A DNA stretch of 64,000 bases from Oscillospiraceae bacterium (GCA_015067825.1 SVLQ01000003.1:35944-99943), one strand, 5' to 3'; counted from the first letter of the stretch, positions 51,392 to 61,218 are shown. Notes: generated by a model not told the origin, from the letters alone. Made by a program: numbers and translations.

Positions 51392-52717
51392 TTACGATTG
51401 AATATTCAAAGCTTTTTTGGCGGCGTCCTCGGCCTTCAGGTAGCCCTTGGCGATCTGGTTTTTGTGCGAGAGATCGCGCTTGGCCGGGCAAACGTACGAG
51501 CAACAGCCGCAGTTGATGCAGAGCTCGACGTTCTGGCGCCGGAGCTCGTCGATATCGCGGCGGGCGTACGCCTTTTCGATCATCAGCGGCGCTAGCCGGA
51601 TCGGGCACGCTTCCACGCATTTCCCGCAGCGGATGCACGGCGAGTGATCTCGGTCGTAGGGCTTTTGGAAACAGAGCAGGGCGTTGGCCGTTTTGGTCAC
51701 GGGACGGGTCGTGTCGATCACGCAGTTACCCATCATAACGCCGCCGGCGATCACCATTTGCAGCTTTTCTTTCGGAACGTTGCAGAACGCGAGCACGTCG
51801 TCGATCGGCGTACCGATCGGCACGCGCACGTTCAGCGGCTTGGGGACGAGATCGCCGTCAACGGTCAGTCTGCGCGAAAGCAGCGGCATGCCGGACTTGG
51901 CGTAGTCGGCGATGGCGGAGACCGTCGAGACGTTCATAACGATCGCGCCGCAGTCGGCGGGGAGCTTGCCTCTGCCGACGACGATACCGTCGGCTTCGTA
52001 AAGCAAAACCTTTTCCGCACCCTTGGGGTATTTGTCGCCGAGGATCCGCACTTCAATATCGGTACGGCCGGCGCAGCGGCGTTCCAGCTCGTTGATGGCG
52101 GCGGGCTTGTTGTGCTCGACGCAAATGACCGTGTGCGGGATTTGTGTGCAGCGCATGATGAGCTCAATCCCGGCAAAAATGCCGTCGGCGTTTTCCAGTA
52201 CCTCACGGTTGTCGCTGGTGATGTAGGGTTCGCATTCGGCTAAGTTGATGTACAGTGCCTTGATCCGGTCCATATGTTCGTAGGCGAGCTTGACGTGAGC
52301 GGGGAATCCGGCGCCGCCCAAACCGACGATGCCGGATTCGCGTACCGCAGCCACCAGTTCTTTGGCGTTGGTGATCGTTGGTGGTTTCAGCTCCGGCCAC
52401 GGCGTTTGCAAGCCGTCGGATTCGATGGTAAGGCTGGGCGTAGGCACACCGTTGGGCATCAGGACGATCTCTCGTGCCTTGACCACGCCGGATACCGGGG
52501 AGTGCACGGGCGACGAGACAAATGCCGACGAGTCGCCGATTTTTTGCCCGACGTAAACGGTATCGCCGACCGCAACGATCGGATCGCACACCGCACCAAT
52601 ATGCTGGCGCATGGGGATCGTGACGGTGGCGGGAACAGGCATCTCTATGGTTTCGCAAAAACGCGTGTGCTTTTTGTGCGACAGTCGGATTCCTCGCAGG
52701 GTTCTGGATTTGAACAT
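51392..52717 (-). CDS. rnfC: Rnf complex subunit C
   Basis: 441 aa. GLGGAGFP, with two ferredoxin motifs CIRCGKCVEACP and CINCGCCSYVCP. Confidence 0.92.
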   Translation of the reverse strand: MFKSRTLRGIRLSHKKHTRFCETIEMPVPATVTIPMRQHIGAVCDPIVAVGDTVYVGQKIGDSSAFVSSPVHSPVSGVVKAREIVLMPNGVPTPSLTIESDGLQTPWPELKPPTITNAKELVAAVRESGIVGLGGAGFPAHVKLAYEHMDRIKALYINLAECEPYITSDNREVLENADGIFAGIELIMRCTQIPHTVICVEHNKPAAINELERRCAGRTDIEVRILGDKYPKGAEKVLLYEADGIVVGRGKLPADCGAIVMNVSTVSAIADYAKSGMPLLSRRLTVDGDLVPKPLNVRVPIGTPIDDVLAFCNVPKEKLQMVIAGGVMMGNCVIDTTRPVTKTANALLCFQKPYDRDHSPCIRCGKCVEACPIRLAPLMIEKAYARRDIDELRRQNVELCINCGCCSYVCPAKRDLSHKNQIAKGYLKAEDAAKKALNIQS

Positions 52718-52823
52718 CCGTCAACCTCCTCCAAAGCGCGATCCTCGCGGTGCGCGATAAAATGTTCTTGCATTAATTATACAAGAAGTGACCAAAAAAA
52801 TCAATACTTTTTGTCCAAAAAGG

Positions 52824-52859
52824 AAAAACCCCGGAGACTCTTCTCCAAAGTCTCCGGGG
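52824..52859 (-). terminator. Intrinsic terminator after the P-type ATPase gene
   Basis: CCCCGGAGAC (52829-52838) / GTCTCCGGGG (52850-52859), with a T-run on the minus strand. Confidence 0.8.
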
Positions 52860-52868
52860 TCGGGTGCG

Positions 52869-55499
52869 TTATTTTTGCTTGCGGCGGTGTTCGGGGCGGA
52901 TCAGTCCAAAGAGTTTTGCGGCTTCCATGGCCGCGAGCGGTACGAAAATCAGCCCGACGAGGATCGCATACAGCTTGCCGGGCAGACGGATCAGCCCAAA
53001 TGCTGCGGAAACCGGCGTGAAAAGCACGATCGCCACAAGTGCGAGGGAAGCGAGCGCGGCCAGATTCAGCGTACGGTTGCCGAAGGGGCCGATGGCAAAA
53101 AGCGAGCGTTCGGAGCGCTGGTTGTAAGCCTGAACGATCTGCGTCAACGCCAGTACCATGAATGCGGCGGTCTGGCCACCCTCTAAAAGCCCGGTCATCG
53201 ATTCGCCGAGACGGAAGGCGATCAGCGTCAGCGCGGCGAACATACAGCCCTGCAAGCAGATGCGTACACCCAGTCCGTTGGCAAAAATGCCTTCATCCTT
53301 GGGCTTGGGCTTGCGTTCCATCACGCCCGGTTCCACGGCCTCCATGCCGAGTGCGATCGCCGGCAGACTGTCGGTGACAAGGTTGATCCACAAAAGCTGC
53401 ATCGAAAGCAGCGGTGTTTTTTGCCAAAGGATCATCGCCAGAAAAACGGTCAGTACTTCGCCGATGTTGGTACCCAGCAGGAACCCGACGACCTTTTTGA
53501 TATTGGCGTAAATGCCGCGGCCCTCGCGCACCGCATCGACGATGGTGGCAAAATTGTCGTCGGTGAGCGTCATGTCGGCCGCACCCTTGGCGACGTCTGT
53601 ACCGGTAATGCCCATCGCGCAGCCGATGTCGGCGGCCTTCAGCGCCGGTGCATCGTTGACGCCGTCGCCCGTCATCGAAACGACTTCGCCTTTCTTCTGC
53701 CACGCGCGGACGATACGGATCTTGTTTTCCGGCGAAACACGGGCGTAGACCGCGATCTCGCGCACGCTCTGATCCAGTTCCTGTTCGCTCATTGCATCCA
53801 GTTCCGCACCCGTGATCGCGCGGTCACCGTCTTCTAAAATACCGAGCTGCCGTGCGATCGCCGAAGCGGTAACGACGTGGTCACCGGTGATCATCACGGG
53901 CTTGATACCGGCCTTGCGGCAGACCGCAACGGCGGCCTTGGCTTCCGGGCGCGGCGGGTCGATCATGCCGACCAGACCGAGCAAAGTGAGCCCATCTTCG
54001 AGCGTCTCGCTCGTGATCTCTGCAGGCAGAGCGTCGATCTCTTTGGCGGCGATTGCGAGAACGCGCAGGGCCTCGCGGCTCATTGCGTCGTTTTGCGCGC
54101 GGGCGGCGTCGATATTGCCGCCAACGCAGCGCTGTGCGAGCATATCAAACGCACCCTTGACGATCACGACGAGCTTGCCGTCGATTTTATTCACCGTCGT
54201 CATCAGCTTGCGGTCGGAGTCGAAGGGGATCTCGGCGAGCCGCGGATAGCTTTGATTGAGCGCGTCTTTTTCCATGCCGTTTCGGTGTGCGGCAAAGACG
54301 ATGGCTGTTTCGGTCGGATCGCCGATGTGGCGAACGGCATCGCCTTCAAAGGCGATCGCACCGTTGGAGCAGAGCGTGCCAAAACGCAGCAGCTTGCGGA
54401 TCGGATCGGTGTTTTCGCCGGAAATATCCTCGCTTTGTTCGGCGAGACTGTCGTAGGCTTTAACGAGCGTCATGCGGTTTTGCGTCAGCGTGCCGGTTTT
54501 ATCCGAGCAGATGATCGAGGCGCTGCCCAGCGTTTCGACTGCGGGCAGGCGACGGATGATCGCGTTTTTCTTCACCATGCGCTGCACGCCGATCGACAAA
54601 ACAATCGTAACGATTGCGGGCAGTCCTTCGGGGATCGCCGAGACCGCCAGCGAAACTGCGGTCATAAAGATCTCCATTACGTGCATCCCGTTGGCCAAAC
54701 CGACGGCGAAGATGACGGCGCAGGCACCGAGCGCGACGAAGCCGAGGTATTTGCCGAGCTTAGCGAGCTTTTGCTGCAGCGGCGTTTGGCCGTCGTTTTC
54801 GCTGTTCAAAAGCCCTGCGATCTTGCCCATCTCCGTCTGCATCCCCGTTGCCGTAACGATCGCCGTGGCCGTGCCGTAGGTGATGCTGCAGCCGGAGAAG
54901 ACCATGTTCGTGCGGTCGCCGATCGGTGCGTTTTCCGAAACCTCCGCCTCGGCATCTTTTTCCGAGGGGACCGATTCACCGGTCAGCGCCGATTCTTCCG
55001 ATTTCAGACTCGCCGACAGGAGAAGCCGTGCATCCGCCGGGACGAAATCGCCGGCCTCCAGCTTGATGATATCGCCGACGACCAGATCGGCGGCGGGGAT
55101 GATCGTTTCAACGCCGTCGCGGATCACGCGTGCGTGCGGTGCCGACATGTTTTTCAGCGCATCCAGCGCTTTTTCGGCTTTGCTCTCCTGAAAAACACCC
55201 ATGACCGCGTTGAGAATCACGATCGCTAAAATCAGCGCGGGTTCAAAAAATTCCTTCGGGTTGCCTTCGTAACAGGCGATCGCAAACGAGACGATCGCCG
55301 CGGCGATCAGAATCAAAATCATCGCGTCTTTGAACTGATCCAAAAACCGCAGAAGCATCGAGCGCTTCTTCTTTTCCTGCAGTTTGTTTGCGCCGTTCTC
55401 CGAAAGACGTTTGTCGGCCTCGGATGCGCGGAGTCCGCGGACGGGATCGCTGCCCAGTTCGGCGATCAAAGCGGAACGGTCTTGACTGTGTGTGCTCAA
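52869..55499 (-). CDS. Cation-translocating P-type ATPase, Ca2+-type (P2A-like)
   Basis: Likely TTG start at complement 55499 (RBS GGAGG 8 nt upstream). Motifs TGES, CSDKTGTLTQN, MITGDH, MTGDGVNDAPALK. Confidence 0.88.
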   Translation of the reverse strand: MSTHSQDRSALIAELGSDPVRGLRASEADKRLSENGANKLQEKKKRSMLLRFLDQFKDAMILILIAAAIVSFAIACYEGNPKEFFEPALILAIVILNAVMGVFQESKAEKALDALKNMSAPHARVIRDGVETIIPAADLVVGDIIKLEAGDFVPADARLLLSASLKSEESALTGESVPSEKDAEAEVSENAPIGDRTNMVFSGCSITYGTATAIVTATGMQTEMGKIAGLLNSENDGQTPLQQKLAKLGKYLGFVALGACAVIFAVGLANGMHVMEIFMTAVSLAVSAIPEGLPAIVTIVLSIGVQRMVKKNAIIRRLPAVETLGSASIICSDKTGTLTQNRMTLVKAYDSLAEQSEDISGENTDPIRKLLRFGTLCSNGAIAFEGDAVRHIGDPTETAIVFAAHRNGMEKDALNQSYPRLAEIPFDSDRKLMTTVNKIDGKLVVIVKGAFDMLAQRCVGGNIDAARAQNDAMSREALRVLAIAAKEIDALPAEITSETLEDGLTLLGLVGMIDPPRPEAKAAVAVCRKAGIKPVMITGDHVVTASAIARQLGILEDGDRAITGAELDAMSEQELDQSVREIAVYARVSPENKIRIVRAWQKKGEVVSMTGDGVNDAPALKAADIGCAMGITGTDVAKGAADMTLTDDNFATIVDAVREGRGIYANIKKVVGFLLGTNIGEVLTVFLAMILWQKTPLLSMQLLWINLVTDSLPAIALGMEAVEPGVMERKPKPKDEGIFANGLGVRICLQGCMFAALTLIAFRLGESMTGLLEGGQTAAFMVLALTQIVQAYNQRSERSLFAIGPFGNRTLNLAALASLALVAIVLFTPVSAAFGLIRLPGKLYAILVGLIFVPLAAMEAAKLFGLIRPEHRRKQK

Positions 55500-55682
55500 G
55501 ATGAGAGCCTCCTTGTTTTGTTTTGGTGTGGGTGCACCGAGTGCAATTATTATAAGATTATTTTTCCTGAAATTCAAGAACAAATTGTAAATTCGGACGC
55601 AAAAAGTGACAAAAACAGAAAAAATAAAAGACCCAAAACGATGGATGGGATTGGCTTTGCAAATTGTGTGTGAAACAAAGAA

Positions 55683-55714
55683 TCTCTGGAGAAGCGACGA
55701 TGCTTCTCCAGAGA
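55683..55714 (-). terminator. Intrinsic terminator after tcdA
   Basis: 13-bp perfect stem TCTCTGGAGAAGC / GCTTCTCCAGAGA, with a U-rich tail on the minus strand. Confidence 0.8.
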
Positions 55715-55718
55715 AAAA

Positions 55719-56447
55719 TTATGTATTCTTTTTGTTTGTAAGTAAAAAGTCGACCGCGCGCGAAGCGAGGATCAACCCGGCGGCATTCGGTACGAAAGCC
55801 GCACTTGCGATCTTGCGCGGTGGATCATCGGGCGATTGTGCGGTATTTGGTGCAAAATCCTCGCGCGGCGGTTCGGTGGATGCCACCACGGGCAAACTGC
55901 CGATCCCGAGCTTGCGGAGTCCTTGGCGGATACGGCGGCAGAGCGGACAGCCGGTGACGGAAAACACGTCGGTGACGATCAGCTTGGTCGGATCGGTGCG
56001 CTTCCCGCAACCCATTGCCGCAATCACGGGGATCTTTTTTTCGCTGCAAACGGCGTACAGGCGGAGCTTTGCGCGAACGTCGTCGATCGCGTCGATGCAG
56101 TAGTCAACGTCGTCCAAAAACGAAAAGTCGGAATCCGGCGTGAGCATTTCTGTGATCGTCGTCAACCGGCAATCCGGATGGATGTCGGCGATGCGGCGGG
56201 CGGCGGCTTCGGTTTTGGCGAGGCCGACCGTGGAGCGAAGGGCGAACATTTGCCGGTTCAGGTTGGAAGGGGCGATCTCGTCGCCGTCGACGAGGACGAG
56301 CCGTCCGATCCCGGTCCGCGCGAGCGCTTCGGCCGCAGCTGCGCCGACACCGCCGAGACCGATTACCGCCACGCAGGCGTTTTGGAATCTGTCGACGGCG
56401 TCTTCGCCGAAAAGCATCTGTGTGCGGCTGTAAAAAGGATCGCTCAT
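55719..56447 (-). CDS. tcdA: tRNA threonylcarbamoyladenosine dehydratase (ThiF/E1-like)
   Basis: 242 aa. VAVIGLGGVGAAAAEALARTGIG, CIDAID. Confidence 0.8.
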   Translation of the reverse strand: MSDPFYSRTQMLFGEDAVDRFQNACVAVIGLGGVGAAAAEALARTGIGRLVLVDGDEIAPSNLNRQMFALRSTVGLAKTEAAARRIADIHPDCRLTTITEMLTPDSDFSFLDDVDYCIDAIDDVRAKLRLYAVCSEKKIPVIAAMGCGKRTDPTKLIVTDVFSVTGCPLCRRIRQGLRKLGIGSLPVVASTEPPREDFAPNTAQSPDDPPRKIASAAFVPNAAGLILASRAVDFLLTNKKNT

Positions 56448-56462
56448 AGCTAAGCTCCGTTT

Positions 56463-57155
56463 CTAAAAGGTGATCGGCGGCACAGCAAGTGTGTCGCCGA
56501 TGATTTTTCCGGTGTGGATCTGCAGAGTTCGTCCGGCTGACTGCGCGACCTTTGCATCGTGCGTGATCAAAACGATGGTCACGCCGGTTTCGTTCAGCCG
56601 CTTTAAGATCGAAGTCACCTGCATGGCCGATTCTGCGTCGAGGTTGCCGGTCGGTTCGTCCGCGAGGATCAGCCTCGGCGAGGTTGCGATCGCCCTTGCG
56701 ATCGCAACGCGCTGCTGCTGCCCGCCCGACATCTCCGACGGGTAGTGGTGGATGCGGTGCGAAAGCCCCACGAGATCGAGGGCAGCCAAAGCGGCCGCCC
56801 GACGGGCATCGGGTGCGACCGAGCGGAATACCAACCCAAGCTCAACGTTTTCGAGCGCGGTCATCCGCGGGACGAGGTTGTAGTTCTGAAAGATGAAACC
56901 GATCAGGTTGCGGCGCAGCTTCGTCAGTCTGCGGTCGCTCGCGCGCGAGATCTCGTGGCCGTTCAGCGTGTACTTCCCGCTGTCGGCGCGGTCGAGCAGG
57001 CCGAGGATATTGAGCAGCGTCGATTTTCCGGATCCGGAACTGCCGACGATGGCGGTGAATTCGCCCGCGGCGATATCCAGATCGATCTCGTCGACCGCGT
57101 CAACGCGGCCGGCGGCACTTTGGTAGGTTTTGCGGAGTCCTCGCGCGTGGATCAT
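56463..57155 (-). CDS. ABC transporter ATP-binding protein (MacB/LolD/FtsE-like), no adjacent permease
   Basis: 230 aa. GSSGSGKSTLLN, MSGGQQQRVAIARA, LILADEPTGNLD. Confidence 0.88.
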   Translation of the reverse strand: MIHARGLRKTYQSAAGRVDAVDEIDLDIAAGEFTAIVGSSGSGKSTLLNILGLLDRADSGKYTLNGHEISRASDRRLTKLRRNLIGFIFQNYNLVPRMTALENVELGLVFRSVAPDARRAAALAALDLVGLSHRIHHYPSEMSGGQQQRVAIARAIATSPRLILADEPTGNLDAESAMQVTSILKRLNETGVTIVLITHDAKVAQSAGRTLQIHTGKIIGDTLAVPPITF

Positions 57156-57219
57156 AAGCCTGTCTGCCTTTCATCGTTTGTGCAGACAGTATGTGCAAAA
57201 ATGCGGTCGGCAATACGCC

Positions 57220-58404
57220 TTACAGCGCCTTGGCCTGCAGGAGTTCCACCTTGTCCAGGCGTTCCCACGGCAGGTTGAGCTCGTTGCGGCCGAAGTGACC
57301 GTAGGCCGCGACCGGGCGGTAGATCGGACGGCGCAGATCGAGCGTTTCGATGATGGCCGCGGGGCGCAGATCGAAGCATTCGTTGATCAGCGCGTTCAGA
57401 CGGTCATCGCTAATCTTGCCGGTGCCGAAGGTGTCCACGGCGACCATGACGGGGCGGGCAACACCGATGGCGTAGGCGATCGAAACCTCGGCGATCGTGG
57501 CGAGGCCGGCGGCGACGATGTGCTTGGCAACGTAGCGCGCCATGTACGAGGCCGAACGGTCGACCTTCGTCGGGTCCTTGCCCGAATAGGCACCGCCGCC
57601 GTGACGGGCGTAGCCGCCGTAGGTGTCGACGATGATCTTACGGCCGGTGAGACCGCTGTCACCCTGCGGGCCGCCGACAACAAAGCGACCGGTGGGGTTG
57701 ATGTAGTAACGCGTGTCGGCCGAGAGCAGCTCTGCCGGCAGCACCTTTTTGATGACTTCTTCCATCACGCCTTCGCGCACCGTTTCGATCGAAACGTCGC
57801 CGGAGTGCTGGGTCGAGACAACGACAGAGGGGATCGCGCGCACCTTGCGGTCGTCGTCGTACTCGACGCTGACCTGCGCCTTGCCGTCCGGCCACACGAA
57901 GGGCAGAATGCCCGCTTTGCGGACTTCGGCCAGACGCTTGGTGAGCTGGTGGGCGTAGTAGATCGGGGCGGGCATCAGCTCGGCCGTTTCGTTGCACGCA
58001 AGGCCGAAAACCATGCCCTGGTCACCGGCACCGGTGGAGTCGAAGCGGTCTTCGCTCGCGCTCTTGGCTTCGATCGACGCGTTGACGCCCATCGCGATGT
58101 CCGGCGACTGCTTGTCGAGGCAGGTCATGACCGCACAGGTCTTGTAGTCAAAGCCCATTGCCGAATCGGTGTAGCCGATCTCTTTGACGGTGTTGCGGAC
58201 GATCGCCTGGATGTCGGGCGAGCAGTTCGCGGTGATCTCGCCGGCCACAACGACCACACCGGTCGTCGTGAGGGTCTCGCAGGCGACGTGTGCCTGCGGG
58301 TCGTACGCGAGGATCGCGTCCAGAACGCCGTCGGAGATGGCGTCGCAAACCTTATCCGGATGTCCTTCGGTGACGGACTCGGAGGTAAACTGTCTGTATT
58401 TCAT
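57220..58404 (-). CDS. metK: S-adenosylmethionine synthase
   Basis: True start is ATG at complement 58404 ([18 protein letters not shown]). Motifs [22 protein letters not shown]. Confidence 0.95.
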   Translation of the reverse strand: MKYRQFTSESVTEGHPDKVCDAISDGVLDAILAYDPQAHVACETLTTTGVVVVAGEITANCSPDIQAIVRNTVKEIGYTDSAMGFDYKTCAVMTCLDKQSPDIAMGVNASIEAKSASEDRFDSTGAGDQGMVFGLACNETAELMPAPIYYAHQLTKRLAEVRKAGILPFVWPDGKAQVSVEYDDDRKVRAIPSVVVSTQHSGDVSIETVREGVMEEVIKKVLPAELLSADTRYYINPTGRFVVGGPQGDSGLTGRKIIVDTYGGYARHGGGAYSGKDPTKVDRSASYMARYVAKHIVAAGLATIAEVSIAYAIGVARPVMVAVDTFGTGKISDDRLNALINECFDLRPAAIIETLDLRRPIYRPVAAYGHFGRNELNLPWERLDKVELLQAKAL

Positions 58405-58491
58405 AGTGGGAACCGCCTTTCTGTGACGAAAACATAGTATGTGGGCGACAGCCTGAAAGGGGACTGTCGAATTTTGTCCATAAGCTATTAT

Positions 58492-58520
58492 ATTGTACAC
58501 GAGAATCGCCCGCTTGTCAA
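58492..58520 (-). promoter_or_regulatory. sigma-A promoter of metK
   Basis: On the minus strand: TTGACA (58520-58515), 17-nt spacer, TACAAT (58497-58492). It would give a ~85-nt leader. Confidence 0.65.
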
Positions 58521-58656
58521 TTCTTTCTTCAAAATTGCGAAGAAATCGCCGTCTTCCTGCAGGAGGCACACGTTGATGGGGGGGGGCAGAACAAACGTTT
58601 TAATCAAAACTTCACAGAAATGTATAAAAACATTTGTTCTTTTTCGGAGAGAGGTG

Positions 58657-58665
58657 TGGTATAAT
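58657..58665 (+). promoter_or_regulatory. Extended -10 promoter for the radical-SAM/DUF4130 pair
   Basis: TGgTATAAT at 58657-58665, about 97 nt upstream of ATG 58763. Confidence 0.5.
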
Positions 58666-58762
58666 AACTGTACAAATGTTCGACAATGCAAATCACTGTC
58701 CGTTTTATGGACAAATGGCTGTGTTATACTATGGACAAGCAAAGCAAACGGAGGCGGGAAAG

Positions 58763-60031
58763 ATGGATCTGGAACAAAAACTGGCGATCCTCGGCGAGGC
58801 CGCGCGCTACGATGCGTCCTGCGCATCGTGCGGGAGCGAACGTCAGGCGCCAAAGGGAAAAGGCGTGGGGAATGCCTACAAAGCGGGGATCTGCCATTCG
58901 TGGACGGAAGACGGCCGCTGTGTGTCTCTGCTGAAGGTGCTGATGTCCAATGCCTGCCAGTATAACTGCGCCTACTGTGCCAACCGCTGCAGCGCCAATA
59001 CCGAACGTGCGACGATGACCCCGCGTGAGATCGCCCACTTAACCGCGGAATTTTTCCGCCGCAATTATATTGAGGGCTTGTTTATCAGCTCCGGCGTGGT
59101 CAAAAACGCCGACTACACGATGGAGCTGATGGCCGAAGCGGTGCGGCTTTTGCGCACGGAATACCGCTTCTACGGCTATATCCACGCCAAGGTGATCCCG
59201 GGGACCGATCCGCTGCTCGTGCAGCGGCTGGGGCTGATGGTCGACCGTGTGAGCGTCAACATCGAGCTGCCGTCGGAGCGTTCCCTCGAGCTGCTGGCAC
59301 CGCAAAAGTCCAAACAAAAGATCCTTGCGCCGATGGGCCAGATCCGCGCGATGCAAACGCAGAATCTTGCCGAACGCCGCCGATTCCGCTCTGCACCGAA
59401 GTTTGCACCGGGCGGCCAGTCGACGCAAATGATCGTCGGCGCGACGGGGGAGAGCGACAGCCAGATCTTGCGCCTTGCCTCCGGGCTCTATAAAAACTAT
59501 GAATTGCGGCGCGTCTATTTCTCCGCCTACGTTCCCGTCGGCAGCCACCCTGCTCTGCCGCCGGCCGACGTCAAAACACCGCTGCGGCGCGAGCACCGCC
59601 TCTATCAGGCCGATTGGCTGATGCGCCGCTATCGGTTCGACGTTTCCGAGATCACCGGCGACGACGAAAACCTCGACGAAGCGGTCGATCCCAAGTGCGC
59701 GTGGGCGCTCCGCCACCCCGAATTCTTCCCGGTCGAGATCAACACCGCCGATCAGGAAATGCTGATCCGCGTTCCCGGGATCGGCCTCATCGGTGCGCGG
59801 CATATTATCGCCGCCCGCCGCAGCCGCAAGCTGGAACTCGAAGACCTCGCCAAGCTCGGCGTGGTCACCAAACGTGCGCGCTATTTTATCACCTGTAAGG
59901 GCCGCAGCGCCCTCAAACACGCATTCCCGCCGGAACTTCTGCGCGCGATCCTCGCAGACGCGCGTGAGAATCCCGACCAAATGAGCTTAGCCGAAACCCT
60001 GCAGCCGCAGCTTGCCGCCGCGGAAATTTAA
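58763..60031 (+). CDS. Radical SAM protein of the 'putative DNA modification/repair' type, with a C-terminal HhH region
   Basis: True start is ATG 58763 (RBS GGAGGCGGG). MDLEQKLAILGEAARYDASCASCGS; cluster motif CQYNCAYCANR; HhH-like IRVPGIGLIGARHIIAAR. Confidence 0.8.
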   Translation: MDLEQKLAILGEAARYDASCASCGSERQAPKGKGVGNAYKAGICHSWTEDGRCVSLLKVLMSNACQYNCAYCANRCSANTERATMTPREIAHLTAEFFRRNYIEGLFISSGVVKNADYTMELMAEAVRLLRTEYRFYGYIHAKVIPGTDPLLVQRLGLMVDRVSVNIELPSERSLELLAPQKSKQKILAPMGQIRAMQTQNLAERRRFRSAPKFAPGGQSTQMIVGATGESDSQILRLASGLYKNYELRRVYFSAYVPVGSHPALPPADVKTPLRREHRLYQADWLMRRYRFDVSEITGDDENLDEAVDPKCAWALRHPEFFPVEINTADQEMLIRVPGIGLIGARHIIAARRSRKLELEDLAKLGVVTKRARYFITCKGRSALKHAFPPELLRAILADARENPDQMSLAETLQPQLAAAEI

Positions 60032-60044
60032 AGGAGGAGATCCC

Positions 60045-60815
60045 GTGGTATTTCTCTATGACGGAACTTATGAAGGTTTCCTGACCGCTGTTTTTGACGT
60101 ATACGCCACCAAACGCCAAAGCGAAGCGCTGATTTGTCCCACCGACAGCAATGCGTCGCTGCCGCTCGACGCATGGGTCGAGACCGTATCCGACGGCGCG
60201 AAAGCTGACCGCGTGGCCAAACGCTTGATCGCGCTGGAAATCGCCGAGACGGTGTTCGACGCGTGGCTCTCGCGCGAGGGAGAGATCGAAAACCGTCTGC
60301 TCTCGGTGATCTCGCTCGCCCTCCGCGAACAGACGACACCCTTGCAGCGCCTGTGGCATCCCGACGTGCGCGTGGTCGTCAAAGCGGCCGGACGCGTCGG
60401 CAACGAAGCCCACCGCTATCTGCAATTCGTCCGCTTTGTCAAGATCGCGCCCAATCAACCGGCTCTGACCGACGGCACCGAAACGCCGGGGCTGTACGTC
60501 GCCGATATCGAACCGGAGTACGATATCCTCCCCAAAATCGCCGGTCATTTTGCCCGCCGTTTCCAGGATCAACGGTTCATCATCCGTGACAAGACCCATG
60601 CCCAAGCCCTCGTCTACGACACCCATTCCTGCCAGATCGTCACCTTCCCCGAGCTTCTCGACCAACCGCTGCCGGAAGATCCGCAGTTTGCGTCGCTCTG
60701 GCAGCACTACTTCGACTCCGTGGCGATCCCGTGGCGGCGCAACTTGAAGCTGCAGCAGCATTTTGTACCGCTGAAGTACCGCCGCCACATGACGGAGTTT
60801 CAGCCGCACCGGTAA
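60045..60815 (+). CDS. DUF4130-type 'probable DNA metabolism protein', partner of the radical SAM protein
   Basis: GTG 60045 (RBS AAGGAGGAG 5 nt upstream), giving VVFLYDGTYEGFLTAVFDVYA... 256 aa, with no fused UDG domain. Confidence 0.7.
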   Translation: MVFLYDGTYEGFLTAVFDVYATKRQSEALICPTDSNASLPLDAWVETVSDGAKADRVAKRLIALEIAETVFDAWLSREGEIENRLLSVISLALREQTTPLQRLWHPDVRVVVKAAGRVGNEAHRYLQFVRFVKIAPNQPALTDGTETPGLYVADIEPEYDILPKIAGHFARRFQDQRFIIRDKTHAQALVYDTHSCQIVTFPELLDQPLPEDPQFASLWQHYFDSVAIPWRRNLKLQQHFVPLKYRRHMTEFQPHR

Positions 60816-60906
60816 ATGTCGCTCCCAAAGCGACCATGGAACACGTAAAATCTGCTATACTGTAACCGTAACGAAACGGACAACGTCCGAATTTTGGAGG
60901 CAAGTT

Positions 60907-61158
60907 ATGGATCGGCAGTTTACGGAACAGGACATTCTCAACGCAAAAGAGCTCTGCTTATTTGACAACAGAGTCCTTTATCTGATCACAGAGGATGACG
61001 AAGCTTACGGCTTTACCGGAGGAGCGTGGTTCTACAAAAGTAACTTTTGGGATTATTTTGAATCGGAGTCGATGTTGTCTTATTTGTCAATGCCGACAAA
61101 AGAGGAAGCTGTGGCTTTATACAGAGCGTGGCGCAATGAGGCGGATATGCGGTCTTAG
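60907..61158 (+). CDS. Hypothetical small protein (83 aa)
   Basis: Strong RBS (GGAGG 6 nt before the ATG). More A/T-rich than its neighbours and followed by a terminator. No recognisable motif. Confidence 0.5.
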   Translation: MDRQFTEQDILNAKELCLFDNRVLYLITEDDEAYGFTGGAWFYKSNFWDYFESESMLSYLSMPTKEEAVALYRAWRNEADMRS

Positions 61159-61181
61159 TTCTTTTAAGTCTGATAAGTCTG

Positions 61182-61218
61182 AAAAAAACGGTGTACGATC
61201 AAATCGTACACCGTTTTT
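61182..61218. terminator. Bidirectional intrinsic terminator
   Basis: A-run, CGGTGTACGAT (61189-61199) / ATCGTACACCG (61203-61213), T-run. Confidence 0.85.

Larger units (their letters stand above)
58474..58738. repeat. Three copies of the 9-mer TATGGACAA in the metK / radical-SAM divergent region
   Basis: Plus strand at 58706-58714 and 58730-58738; reverse complement at 58474-58482, inside the metK leader. Two of the sites extend to TTATGGACAAA. Confidence 0.6.

Noticed and set aside
58405-58491. An expected SAM (S-box) riboswitch in the metK leader.
   Set aside because: The ~85-nt leader contains only a small hairpin (CGACAG...CTGTCG). I could not find the conserved SAM-I core elements by eye. 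A covariance-model scan would be needed to exclude other SAM riboswitch classes.
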